This document shows, in pieces, positions 52,601 to 64,000 of a stretch of DNA of 64,000 bases. Source of the stretch: Tubiluchus corallicola (taxonomy: Eukaryota > Animalia > Priapulida). The stretch spans positions 470,043-534,042 of the forward strand of contig JAQGDQ010000133.1 of the NCBI GenBank assembly GCA_030141605.1, in the 5' to 3' direction. Under the pieces are notes generated by a model. It was given only the letters and a program-made list of their open reading frames with translations. It was not told where the DNA came from and did no database searches. Numbering within the stretch: position 1 is the first letter of the stretch; the number at the start of each line of letters is the position of its first letter. A program made the position numbers and the translations under genes.

Positions 52601-53342
52601 ACCAAAAATAATGTATGTGTACATGCATGAAATACGAATGGTGCACTAAGTTACAATAGTACATCTCTGGTGGATGAGGAATTAAGACTGATGCATGTGA
52701 CAATGTTCTATTTAGTAATTATGATGTAAAGTTCTGTAATAACTGGTTTGTGAATAACAGAATCCGACAAGCAGAATCGCATCATTGGTGAATAAACCTC
52801 TTCAGTGTTTCCCTACATGCAGTTTAGGATTGTAGGTTAATGTTATTGGAGTCCTTAGCATCCTGCTGGCATGTATCAGGCTATAAACCCAAAATAGTGG
52901 AATAAAACTGCAAAGCATTCGGTGTAAATGCATATCCCTTCGGTCACAAATATGGCATTGTCCATGTACACAAATCTGTTGCTAATATAGTGTAAGATAC
53001 ATGTTGGGACTCTGAAAGGGATTATTCTGTTACAATTCGATTTGCAGTGACAGGATTTTTCAAATATGTCCTATCAAGAACAACAATGAAAATAGCATAT
53101 AGAGCACTAATCATAGCCAGCACCTGATATTTCATGCTAGCCTATGAAAGTCTAGTTGTTAAGTAACTTATTAGACAGCCTGTGTTACAATAGATTATTT
53201 TTTCTGTAAGTATTTATAAATATACATATTAAATGAATTATTGATTTTCAGAATTTTGATGTTTGAAACACTTATAAAAGCACAAGAGCTGAAAAAACCA
53301 GATGGGCTTCCTCAGAAGAAAACATTAGCAGATCTTCCATAG
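46653..53342 (+). CDS. AIF1: Allograft inflammatory factor 1 (Iba1)-like EF-hand protein, 145 aa
   Basis: Exons 46653-46665, 47230-47291, 52176-52242, 52344-52548, 53252-53342 (438 nt, all GT-AG): MDAQGGKKYG...INKQFLND...KKFLEIDTNHDGELDVMELKYMLEKLDQPKTHMEVKKMI...DFVLMMIGKKNSVLKRILMFE...LADLP*. AATAAA at 53710. Confidence 0.93.
47447..51828 (+). mobile_element. Copy 2 of the MITE-like element, split by nested insertions
   Basis: Left end GGACAGGTCATTTGGGCCCCGGACACTTGTGCGCC (47447-47481) and body/right end 51098-51828 align with 31808-32490. Confidence 0.75.
48155..51006 (+). mobile_element. CR1/L2-group LINE ORF2 (APE + RT), 5'-truncated, mildly decayed, in AIF1 intron 2
   Basis: SFTETWL, CGDFNLNLL, PTRIT...LIDNIF, SDHFP, IFIDLSKAFDT, GVPQGSILGP, FADDT; few stops; ~260-bp internal deletion near 50465 relative to the 36.4-kb copy; (AAATCT)n tail. 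Confidence 0.96.
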
Positions 53343-54051
53343 GCTGTTAATACCTTACAATGGATGTACAGAATCGTTATAAAAGTGCAATTTGTATTAT
53401 TTTTAATAATGATACCAGTATGTGCTTTGCATTGTTGAAAAAGTTTTTATAGTAATCAGAATAATTGATGCTTAATTTACACATTAACCTATACAATGTC
53501 AGCATAATACCATACAGACACTGCAACGTTTTATTTCTTGTACTTTTTAAGTTACAATTGCATTTAAATTTCAATGTCACAGATGCAGAATAGTTTGATT
53601 TGTAAATACGCAGATATGTAAAATTATCTTTAAATTTTAAAATATGTGTAATATTTGAGTTTAAGTTGTGAGGCCTGCTGTCTGTAAACTAAAATTTATA
53701 AGCAATTTTAATAAAGTTTTTCCATCACTCTGAGACAAAAGTAGGCTATGCCTGGTGTTTTCTTTTATTCTTAGTTAATGTTAGATCTCATGTGTCTTAT
53801 GTTTTCATTGATCAATATAATAATAAAACTCATTACAGTAAAAATGTGACTTAGAATGTGATTTTTTAAAGCAATCCAACTAATTGCAGCACATACAGAA
53901 TTTTCTGACACTTTTTCCATGTCAGAATTGGTTACTAGAGAATGTGATCTTTCGTTAACCTCAATTTTTAGGCTCATCTCTACCTTTGATAATAAAAAGC
54001 CAATTTAGAAAACGTAATTTTAAATTTTTGTAATTTGCATTCATGCTACAA

Positions 54052-55787
<1,736 letters not shown>

Positions 55788-55989
55788 GATGGATGTAGCT
55801 TAAAAATTTGAGCTTCTCAATCCTAATGAACTGTGAACCTGGAAAATTTCCAAAAAAAGTCAGAGGAATTCACAGCAGTCTAAAAACCTCAACAATTTCT
55901 GATTCAGTTTTTTTATTTCAGCCACTTAAAAACATTTATAGCCAAAACAACACAACTATTAAAACCTCCAATTCACAGTCAAAAATCAC

Positions 55990-56030
55990 ACCAAACGTTT
56001 TGACAGACAACTGCTGCCATCATCAGGGGT
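55990..56030 (-). ncRNA. Decayed minimal hammerhead ribozyme-like motif (Penelope type)
   Basis: Minus strand ACCC-CTGATGA-TGGCAG CAGTTGT CTGTC-AAAAC-GTT-TGGT; the GAAAC box reads AAAAC. Confidence 0.4.
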
Positions 56031-56039
56031 AAATTTTAG

Positions 56040-56100
56040 AAACATACAACCAGTTTATATAGGCAGATATAAGCTGCCTATATAAACTGGTTGTATGTTT
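56040..56100. repeat. Perfect 27-bp inverted repeat with 7-nt loop
   Basis: AAACATACAACCAGTTTATATAGGCAG-ATATAAG-CTGCCTATATAAACTGGTTGTATGTTT. Confidence 0.95.
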
Positions 56101-56759
56101 GTAAAGTTTAGGAACTTTAATAAATTCTTTTGACTTTAGAAATTTAGGAAATATGAGGTTTAGAATTTTGAAAAAACATAGAGTGTTTCAAAAGTGGAAA
56201 GCATTCACAACAAACTGGGAACGTAAGCATTTTGGGAATTTAAAAAAAGAGTTTTCAAGAGTGTCAAAGAGGATTCTGTTGCAATGAATAATGGAAAGGA
56301 GAAACCCATGGAGAAACAGCTGAATCACTAGAAGAAATCGTAGAAATATTTATTAAATAGAGAACTGTTATAGCCAAGAAATGCCAAATTTCAATTGGAA
56401 AAAAGAATTGAAGGAAAGATTAGTACATTCATTGACAACTACAAATTGTAGGAAAAGTTGATATACAATTAATAACAGAACAAGAAGTTAAAAAACTTCG
56501 AATTATGTTCTTCTTCAAAGTCTCATTCTATCTATTGTAAATGCAGAGGATTAACATTTACTAGAGCATTCCACGCACTTCTATCTCTAGCTAACACTGT
56601 AAGTTCTTCTACTCCTTAAGATAGGTTTGGTTGAAAGTCGTTGAACATCTTTATTTATTTTAGTTATCCGAGTTATTTTTGGTTTGCCAGGTGGTTTTTT
56701 TGCAAGGTTTTAAGGCTTCCTTTAAGGCGATTCTTACTGGTAATCTTAGACGTCCTAGC

Positions 56760-57340
56760 CATCTTAATCTGGTAATTTACTAGGCACTGAGGCTGACATA
56801 CCACGCAGAAAAATATTAGCTTTAGCTGCTCTAAACTCACAAACATTTCTGAAAATCCGAATCTTACCATAGAAACTAAACTACATATTCTGTCATCACT
56901 TGTAGAATTCTTGTACAATTCTGAATTGTGGACAGTCAAAGTTGCCCAGAAGAATGAAATCAATGCTTTCCAAAGACGTCTGTAGAGGTGGATGCTGTGT
57001 ACAAAATAACCAAAAAAATTTCAAATCAGGATTTATATGATTTAACAAAGAAGAAGGAATGGAGTGAGGTCATACAAAAGTGTCAACTTAGATAGACTGG
57101 ACATGTCGTCAAGTTACCACAGGGTTCTCCACTTACTACAGCATTACATCAAGCACTAATAGTACCTGGGAAGAAACCAAGAGGACAGCTGATCACATTT
57201 AGATGTTCTGAAGAAAGACTTATTAATACTCCACTTGACATAAATAATATGAATACTTGGCAAGTGGCAGCAGATTAGGGAACATAGCATCACATTATCA
57301 GTGGTGCTGTGTTGCCTAACGGAAGCACTTAAGATGATGA
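56760..57340 (+). mobile_element. Degenerate RTE-like LINE 3' end
   Basis: LYNSELWTVKVAQKNEINAFQRRL, WSEVIQKCQLR*TGHVVKLP, GKKPRGQ; short GAT tail. More decayed pieces probably extend back to ~56200. Confidence 0.75.
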
Positions 57341-57671
57341 ATTTCTTTTGTTCTAGTGTATAAATCTTCGTTTTTGATTATGCATGGCCATTTTATCTTT
57401 AAAATTTTCTTTAAAAGACGTTTATGAAATGTGTCAATCTACTTTTCTTGAGTAATCGTTAAGCATCATGTTTCACTGTTGTACATAAATAGGCTGGAAC
57501 CAGCTTGGTAGTTGGTAGTTGTAGTTGTTGGGTTAAGACGTGTTTCTTAATTGCTCCAGTGTGCAACAGTGCATAACCAGTTTGTCGCGTATGCAAAGTG
57601 ACACCGAAAAGAACGCGAGTCTTGCATTTTACGAATTTGTGAAATTTATAGTTCTGCTTTAATACGCCAAC

Positions 57672-59837
57672 ATGTCACAGGGCAAAAAGTTATTTTCAAC
57701 GGTAATGCAGAACATTCAGTCAAGTTTTAAAAACGAATTTATAATTGAACATTATAGTGAGACTATCAAAATCAGCGGGAACTGTCTTGCTTGTAGCAAA
57801 GTTAGATTCATATGTTCTAAAATATCACAGATAGAACCAACCGCTACTGGCCATAAAAGTCAAACAAATGGCAATCAGCAATTCACGATTTCTATGCCTG
57901 ACATCAAACAGGTCACAAGAATTAATATATCTCGAACTGGCAAAATCATAATCACCGGAGGAGGCTTCAAAAAATGGGCTGTAACGAAATTGGCGAATCT
58001 GCTGCAATTAATGCGAGAGGAGATTTCTGAGAAACCTACAACAGGTGACTATGAGCTAAATCGTAGTAAAGATCCTTCGGATTTATACTTATCCCAAAAC
58101 ACAACATCAGATACAAGTTATGTATCAATCTTTAGCCAAGAATCTGAGCTTGAAACTATGAGTAGTACGACACCAACAAATACTACTAGTACTATGCCTA
58201 TACGCAGCGGGATTAATACAAATAATTGGCAAATAGACTTAACAAACTTTAACAACACCACATCAGATTCCAGAACACAAACAGAGCAAAACGAATCGAA
58301 TTCGACAACTGCAACCAATGAAGTTAAGTCCATCGGAATTCAGTACGAAAACACACAAGTTTCGTCTGGGAGAAGTGAATTTAATGAAAATTCAATGAAA
58401 TCAACTGAAACTCAATGTACCCTAAACAACTCGTGTACCAGAGAAGCTGCAACACAATGCGAGCACGATAAAGCTCGATTCACATCAGTGGAAACGCAGT
58501 ATGAACGTAACGAACAATCACTAGACCTTCTTGAAGTTCAACGTGAACATACATCTCTAAATGAAATCATTCTAACAGATTTTGATTCATTTCCAAGAGA
58601 AGTGAACCTAGAAATAAGTACCATAGATGCTTTTAAACAAGAAGTATTGCTACTACGTCTATCTCTAGAGGAAAACAACGTGAAAATGAACCACTTGCTA
58701 AACGAAATGACTAGCTTGTTTGTCAAAGTGCAAAAAGAAAATAAAATGATGCAGCCTGCTGTGATTACTACTACGAACACTGGCAATCACGACAACGTAA
58801 ACATTTCCTACGGCAACGCACAGGCAAGTCAATGCTGTAATGCAGATGCTTCCCAAGTCAACGGACAGGCAGGTCAACGCAGTTTGTTAAATGCTTACCA
58901 CGGCAACCTACAGACAGGACCACGCAATACACGAATGTCGAAGAATCTATGGGATACAACTAACACACTCATCTTAGGAGATTCTAGGACATCATACGTG
59001 AAACCCCGACAGATTGGCAAAAACATTCAGGTACATTCTTATAGGGGTTTAACAATTCATGAGTTAGATGAAAAAGTGATAGATAGCTATGCACATACTA
59101 AATTGCATAATGTTGTTCTATGTTGTGGCATAAATGACGTGATGAATTTTCACAAAACTAATAGGCAACTAAATGTTAATGATTTCTTGGCTGTAACGAT
59201 TGAAAGGGTTAGATCTTGCGTAAGTAAAATTAGGAAAGTCTTTTCGCCAGCTAACATTTTCATATGTGACATTCCTGTGATACTTAACAACAAATATGTT
59301 TTTGGAAAAATTCAAATTACGGATACCATTAATAAGACCGTATATCAATTGAACAGCGAATTGTATAAATTAACCAGTAATGAGGACTTGATATTGAGCG
59401 AAGTGGCAAAATTTTTCGTTACTAATGAATTGATAGCAATGGATGGATTACACCTAAGTAGAACATGTGTTGATAAATTAACCCAGGTAATTTCTCACTG
59501 CTTGACCAGTGACAATAAAAGGTGGATTGTGCCTAAACGGTATAATAGTAGGCCAGTAAAGCCCATTATAGGACAAACAGCGTCAATCACACAAAGCAAG
59601 GAAATGAATGATAATTTTATACTACAGCAAACATTGAGAAGACCGGCTTTGCTGCCAACGCCGGTACCTGATCAGGATTGTTACATTGCAACAAACAACA
59701 ACACCACTGATCAAGACCTACTCGTGAATAATAAACAACACAATAGCACATACGCACAGGTACTACACAAACAACCAAAACAGATTAGCACCTCAACCAC
59801 TGGCTCGCCTGCATCAAATTGTGACGCTTTTGAATGA
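57672..59837 (+). CDS. LINE ORF1 with SGNH/GDSL esterase domain (C-terminus clipped by the inversion junction)
   Basis: 721-aa ORF; LILGDS, SYRG, CCGINDV, DGLHL blocks; coiled-coil-like segment before them. Confidence 0.88.
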   Translation: MSQGKKLFSTVMQNIQSSFKNEFIIEHYSETIKISGNCLACSKVRFICSKISQIEPTATGHKSQTNGNQQFTISMPDIKQVTRINISRTGKIIITGGGFKKWAVTKLANLLQLMREEISEKPTTGDYELNRSKDPSDLYLSQNTTSDTSYVSIFSQESELETMSSTTPTNTTSTMPIRSGINTNNWQIDLTNFNNTTSDSRTQTEQNESNSTTATNEVKSIGIQYENTQVSSGRSEFNENSMKSTETQCTLNNSCTREAATQCEHDKARFTSVETQYERNEQSLDLLEVQREHTSLNEIILTDFDSFPREVNLEISTIDAFKQEVLLLRLSLEENNVKMNHLLNEMTSLFVKVQKENKMMQPAVITTTNTGNHDNVNISYGNAQASQCCNADASQVNGQAGQRSLLNAYHGNLQTGPRNTRMSKNLWDTTNTLILGDSRTSYVKPRQIGKNIQVHSYRGLTIHELDEKVIDSYAHTKLHNVVLCCGINDVMNFHKTNRQLNVNDFLAVTIERVRSCVSKIRKVFSPANIFICDIPVILNNKYVFGKIQITDTINKTVYQLNSELYKLTSNEDLILSEVAKFFVTNELIAMDGLHLSRTCVDKLTQVISHCLTSDNKRWIVPKRYNSRPVKPIIGQTASITQSKEMNDNFILQQTLRRPALLPTPVPDQDCYIATNNNTTDQDLLVNNKQHNSTYAQVLHKQPKQISTSTTGSPASNCDAFE

Positions 59838-61954
59838 GAATACTGTGTTAGACGATTTGTTTTTTAATTTATTAATTATATTATTGCTAATATGGGAAGC
59901 CACTCCCTTAAAATTTCCAAGATTCAGGAATATTGCATTTAGCGCGTTGGCAATATCTTTGGGTTTTGTAATAACAGTGTTGTTGATCTTAATTTCGTCA
60001 ACACGCGTTAGCTTGATACGGCATTTATTTATTACATTGTTAATAATTTTCCATTTTTCTTTAGTATTTGTTGCGTTTTTACATTGTTGTTGTATATGTT
60101 TATTTTTCAAGCATTTATTAAGATTATTAAATTGATTTCTCTTTTTTTATAATTGTTATGATTGTTTTTAGTTTTGTTCTTCTCCCATATATTATACATT
60201 TTGTTTTTCGCTATTCTTAGTTTGTCAAGTTCAGGTGTTGTCCAGGTACTTTTGTTATTGAGTTTGCTTTGTTGTGGGATTTGCTTTACGTTTTTATATG
60301 GTGCATGTACATTAAGGCAATATTCGACATTATATATCAGAATATTAACTTGTGTATCTATTTTATCAGTCATATATATGGAGGTCCAGTTCATTTTTGC
60401 TAAGTCGATTAAGTATGAATGTCTGTTGTATTGGGCGTAGTCTCTCATTAAGTGCCAGACTGAATTTTGGTTATTGTTATGCTGTGGGGTCATTTTATCT
60501 ACTAATATTGTGAAATGATGATCTGAATAATCACACGGGAAAGTATCATATGCTACGAAATTATTGTTACTATTCGAAATGAAATGGTCGATTACTGTGT
60601 CTGATGTTTTAGAAATTCGAGTAGGTTTATTGTTGTTAAGTATGTGGACATTATATTGTTTTAAGAGCTCTGTGTATGTTTTGTATGCCAGTGTGTTTGT
60701 AGCTAAAATATCAAGGTTGAAATCGCCCATTATAAGAACTTTTTTATTTTCGAAAACACTGCGTTCTAGTTCTTCACTAAAGTATTTGAAAAATGTTTTG
60801 TGTTTGAGATTGGGTGGTCTATATATGGTTCCTATTACATAGTTCTCAATGCTGCACCAAACAGATTCAATCTTGCCAGTTCTGATGCCTTTCATTTCTT
60901 GTGGTCTCAGGTGTGAAGGTATATACATCGCAACCCCTCCACCTTTCTTATTTTTACATCTATCTCTTCTTATTAATGTGTGATTAGGTAATTCTATAGT
61001 GTTGCTAAGTATTTGTTTATGTAGCCAAGTTTCTGTTATGCCTACAATCAGATTTTCGGTGGCATGAATTGTATCTTTCAGCAGCCAGTGTTTTTTGATG
61101 AGACTTTGAATATTTATATTTAGAAATTTGATGTTCTTTTTATAAGTAATCATGAATTTTTTTAGCTCATCACTGGTGTTATTATTGTTGGTGTTATTGT
61201 TATTGTCATTATTATTATTATTATTTGGCAAAATGGGTCCAGGGTTAGTTTCGATACCACCAAGTATAAGTAGTAAACGAATTATGGTTAAAATGTATGC
61301 CAGTTCAGAACATGAGTATAGAGTGCTTTCAAATTTAGATGAAATCTGTAATTTTTCCAATTTTTTTAGAGCTACGTATTTTAGATTGACATGACACATT
61401 TGCCTTTTCAGGAAGTACACAGAGTTAAAAATATTTTTTACAAGTGGTTGAACGTCATAATTAAAGTTAAAATTATTAAAATCAGGCCAATTTTTAAGTT
61501 TAAAAATATGATAATTCTTAATTATTACAGGTAAGTTGGTGTTGCCATTGTACAGCTGTAAGATGCATATCGAAGCAATAAATAAAATTTTATGGGAATT
61601 ACATTTAGCTTTTACACATATGAAAATTTTTGAAATATAAATTAAGATCTGTATTACAGTACTTATTAAGTCAAGAGTATAAAGCACAAAATCAGGATTA
61701 AGGCAACATGGGTCCACTAGTAAAATATATGAAGGTATTACGCTTAAATTTATCAGCACCATAATTAATTTACTATTGTGTGACTTAGAAAGAGTAACGT
61801 AAATTATGCTAGTTAGACTGATTGCCAACAGGCTAATGTGGACGATAGGCCTATAACATGCACACATTTCATCATTAGTGGGTACATTATATGAAGTACA
61901 GGCGGCACTAAATAGTAGCATAAATAGCAAAAACGTTATTTTTAAACTGAACAT
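59814..61954 (-). CDS. LINE ORF2 N-terminal half: hydrophobic leader + 2A-like motif + APE endonuclease; truncated before RT
   Basis: First ATG at 61954; GGIETNPGP; NINIQSL, GITETWL, RRDR..KKGGGV, IYRPP, MGDFNLD, PTRIS...IDHF, SDHH; 1-nt frameshift in the A7 run at 60142-60148. Confidence 0.88.
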
Positions 61955-62048
61955 AAAAACGTCAATACCAATAAAATTCAATCGGGAAACTCGAAATAAA
62001 TTTGTTTGCTACAACGGGAGCTTCTTATACAATCTGATACAATTTTAA

Positions 62049-64000
62049 TTACAGAAAACTGTTTAAGAACTTTTTCACAGCGTTGCTAATGAGCTCATTC
62101 AATTGTTCTTTTTTTTCAGCGTCACAATTTGATGCAGGCGAGCCAGTGGTTGAGGTGCTAATCTGTTTTGGTTGTTTGTGTAGTACCTGTGCGTATGTGC
62201 TATTGTGTTGTTTATTATTCACGAGTAGGTCTTGATCAGTGGTGTTGTTGTTTGTTGCAATGTAACAATCCTGATCAGGTACCGGCGTTGGCAGCAAAGC
62301 CGGTCTTCTCAATGTTTGCTGTAGTATAAAATTATCATTCATTTCCTTGCTTTGTGTGATTGACGCTGTTTGTCCTATAATGGGCTTTACTGGCCTACTA
62401 TTATACCGTTTAGGCACAATCCACCTTTTATTGTCACTGGTCAAGCAGTGAGAAATTACCTGGGTTAATTTATCAACACATGTTCTACTTAGGTGTAATC
62501 CATCCATTGCTATCAATTCATTAGTAACGAAAAATTTTGCCACTTCGCTCAATATCAAGTCCTCATTACTGGTTAATTTATACAATTCGCTGTTCAATTG
62601 ATATACGGTCTTATTAATGGTATCCGTAATTTGAATTTTTCCAAAAACATATTTGTTGTTAAGTATCACAGGAATGTCACATATGAAAATGTTAGCTGGC
62701 GAAAAGACTTTCCTAATTTTACTTACGCAAGATCTAACCCTTTCAATCGTTACAGCCAAGAAATCATTAACATTTAGTTGCCTATTAGTTTTGTGAAAAT
62801 TCATCACGTCATTTATGCCACAACATAGAACAACATTATGCAATTTAGTATGTGCATAGCTATCTATCACTTTTTCATCTAACTCATGAATTGTTAAACC
62901 CCTATAAGAATGTACCTGAATGTTTTTGCCAATCTGTCGGGGTTTCACGTATGATGTCCTAGAATCTCCTAAGATGAGTGTGTTAGTTGTATCCCATAGA
63001 TTCTTCGACATTCGTGTATTGCGTGGTCCTGTCTGTAGGTTGCCGTGGTAAGCATTTAACAAACTGCGTTGACCTGCCTGTCCGTTGACTTGGGAAGCAT
63101 CTGCATTACAGCATTGACTTGCCTGTGCGTTGCCGTAGGAAATGTTTACGTTGTCGTGATTGCCAGTGTTCGTAGTAGTAATCACAGCAGGCTGCATCAT
63201 TTTATTTTCTTTTTGCACTTTGACAAACAAGCTAGTCATTTCGTTTAGCAAGTGGTTCATTTTCACGTTGTTTTCCTCTAGAGATAGACGTAGTAGCAAT
63301 ACTTCTTGTTTAAAAGCATCTATGGTACTTATTTCTAGGTTCACTTCTCTTGGAAATGAATCAAAATCTGTTAGAATGATTTCATTTAGAGATGTATGTT
63401 CACGTTGAACTTCAAGAAGGTCTAGTGATTGTTCGTTACGTTCATACTGCGTTTCCACTGATGTGAATCGAGCTTTATCGTGCTCGCATTGTGTTGCAGC
63501 TTCTCTGGTACACGAGTTGTTTAGGGTACATTGAGTTTCAGTTGATTTCATTGAATTTTCATTAAATTCACTTCTCCCAGACGAAACTTGTGTGTTTTCG
63601 TACTGAATTCCGATGGACTTAACTTCATTGGTTGCAGTTGTCGAATTCGATTCGTTTTGCTCTGTTTGTGTTCCGGAATCTGATGTGGTGTTGTTAAAGT
63701 TTGTTAAGTCTATTTGCCAATTATTTGTATTAATCCCGCTGCGTATAGGCATAGTACTAGTAGTATTTGTTGGTGTCGTACTACTCATAGTTTCAAGCTC
63801 AGATTCTTGGCTAAAGATTGATACATAACTTGTATCTGATGTTGTGTTTTGGGATAAGTATAAATCCGAAGGATCTTTACTACGATTTAGCTCATAGTCA
63901 CCTGTTGTAGGTTTCTCAGAAATCTCCTCTCGCATTAATTGCAGCAGATTCGCCAATTTCGTTACAGCCCATTTTTTGAAGCCTCCTCCGGTGATTATGA
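62049..64000 (-). CDS. LINE ORF1, inverted copy with native C-terminus (runs off the window)
   Basis: Identical protein to the + copy except one R/G change; ends EKKEQLNELISNAVKKFLNSFL*. Confidence 0.88.
   Translation of the reverse strand, partial: IITGGGFKKWAVTKLANLLQLMREEISEKPTTGDYELNRSKDPSDLYLSQNTTSDTSYVSIFSQESELETMSSTTPTNTTSTMPIRSGINTNNWQIDLTNFNNTTSDSGTQTEQNESNSTTATNEVKSIGIQYENTQVSSGRSEFNENSMKSTETQCTLNNSCTREAATQCEHDKARFTSVETQYERNEQSLDLLEVQREHTSLNEIILTDFDSFPREVNLEISTIDAFKQEVLLLRLSLEENNVKMNHLLNEMTSLFVKVQKENKMMQPAVITTTNTGNHDNVNISYGNAQASQCCNADASQVNGQAGQRSLLNAYHGNLQTGPRNTRMSKNLWDTTNTLILGDSRTSYVKPRQIGKNIQVHSYRGLTIHELDEKVIDSYAHTKLHNVVLCCGINDVMNFHKTNRQLNVNDFLAVTIERVRSCVSKIRKVFSPANIFICDIPVILNNKYVFGKIQITDTINKTVYQLNSELYKLTSNEDLILSEVAKFFVTNELIAMDGLHLSRTCVDKLTQVISHCLTSDNKRWIVPKRYNSRPVKPIIGQTASITQSKEMNDNFILQQTLRRPALLPTPVPDQDCYIATNNNTTDQDLLVNNKQHNSTYAQVLHKQPKQISTSTTGSPASNCDAEKKEQLNELISNAVKKFLNSFL

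Larger units (their letters stand above)
57490..64000. mobile_element. Young CR1/L2-group LINE present as an inverted duplication
   Basis: A + copy (5' UTR and ORF1, to 59828) is fused tail-to-tail to a - copy (ORF1 plus ORF2 cut before the RT core); 57946-59828 is the reverse complement of 62118-64000. Confidence 0.9.

Noticed and set aside
60142-60148. Programmed -1 frameshift in ORF2
   Set aside because: T-AAA-AAA is not a canonical X-XXY-YYZ site; a one-base homopolymer deletion or sequencing error is simpler.

Overview
AT-rich, intron-containing animal (invertebrate-like) genomic DNA, not prokaryotic. Three spliced host genes can be traced by hand. (1) An M1-family aminopeptidase N-like gene (+, 1189-12652; its 5' exons are upstream of the window and I could not find its last exons). 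It carries two tandem copies of the catalytic-Tyr exon (candidate mutually exclusive exons) and two GC-AG introns. (2) A complete 5-exon AIF1/Iba1-like EF-hand gene (+, 46653-53342). (3) A convergent 2-exon FKBP-like/TPR gene (-, 55787-54052). Most of the remainder is decayed LINEs (CR1/L2/RTE-like), a Kolobok-like transposase remnant, non-autonomous DNA elements, LTR-like segments, SINE heads, and micro/minisatellites. The right end holds a young LINE in a near-perfect inverted duplication. Its ORF1 has an SGNH esterase domain and repeated TQT-like motifs. Its ORF2 starts with a ~240-aa signal-peptide/multi-hydrophobic-segment region, joined to the APE endonuclease by a 2A-like GGIETNPGP motif. 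All family names come from motif recognition by eye, not from database searches.
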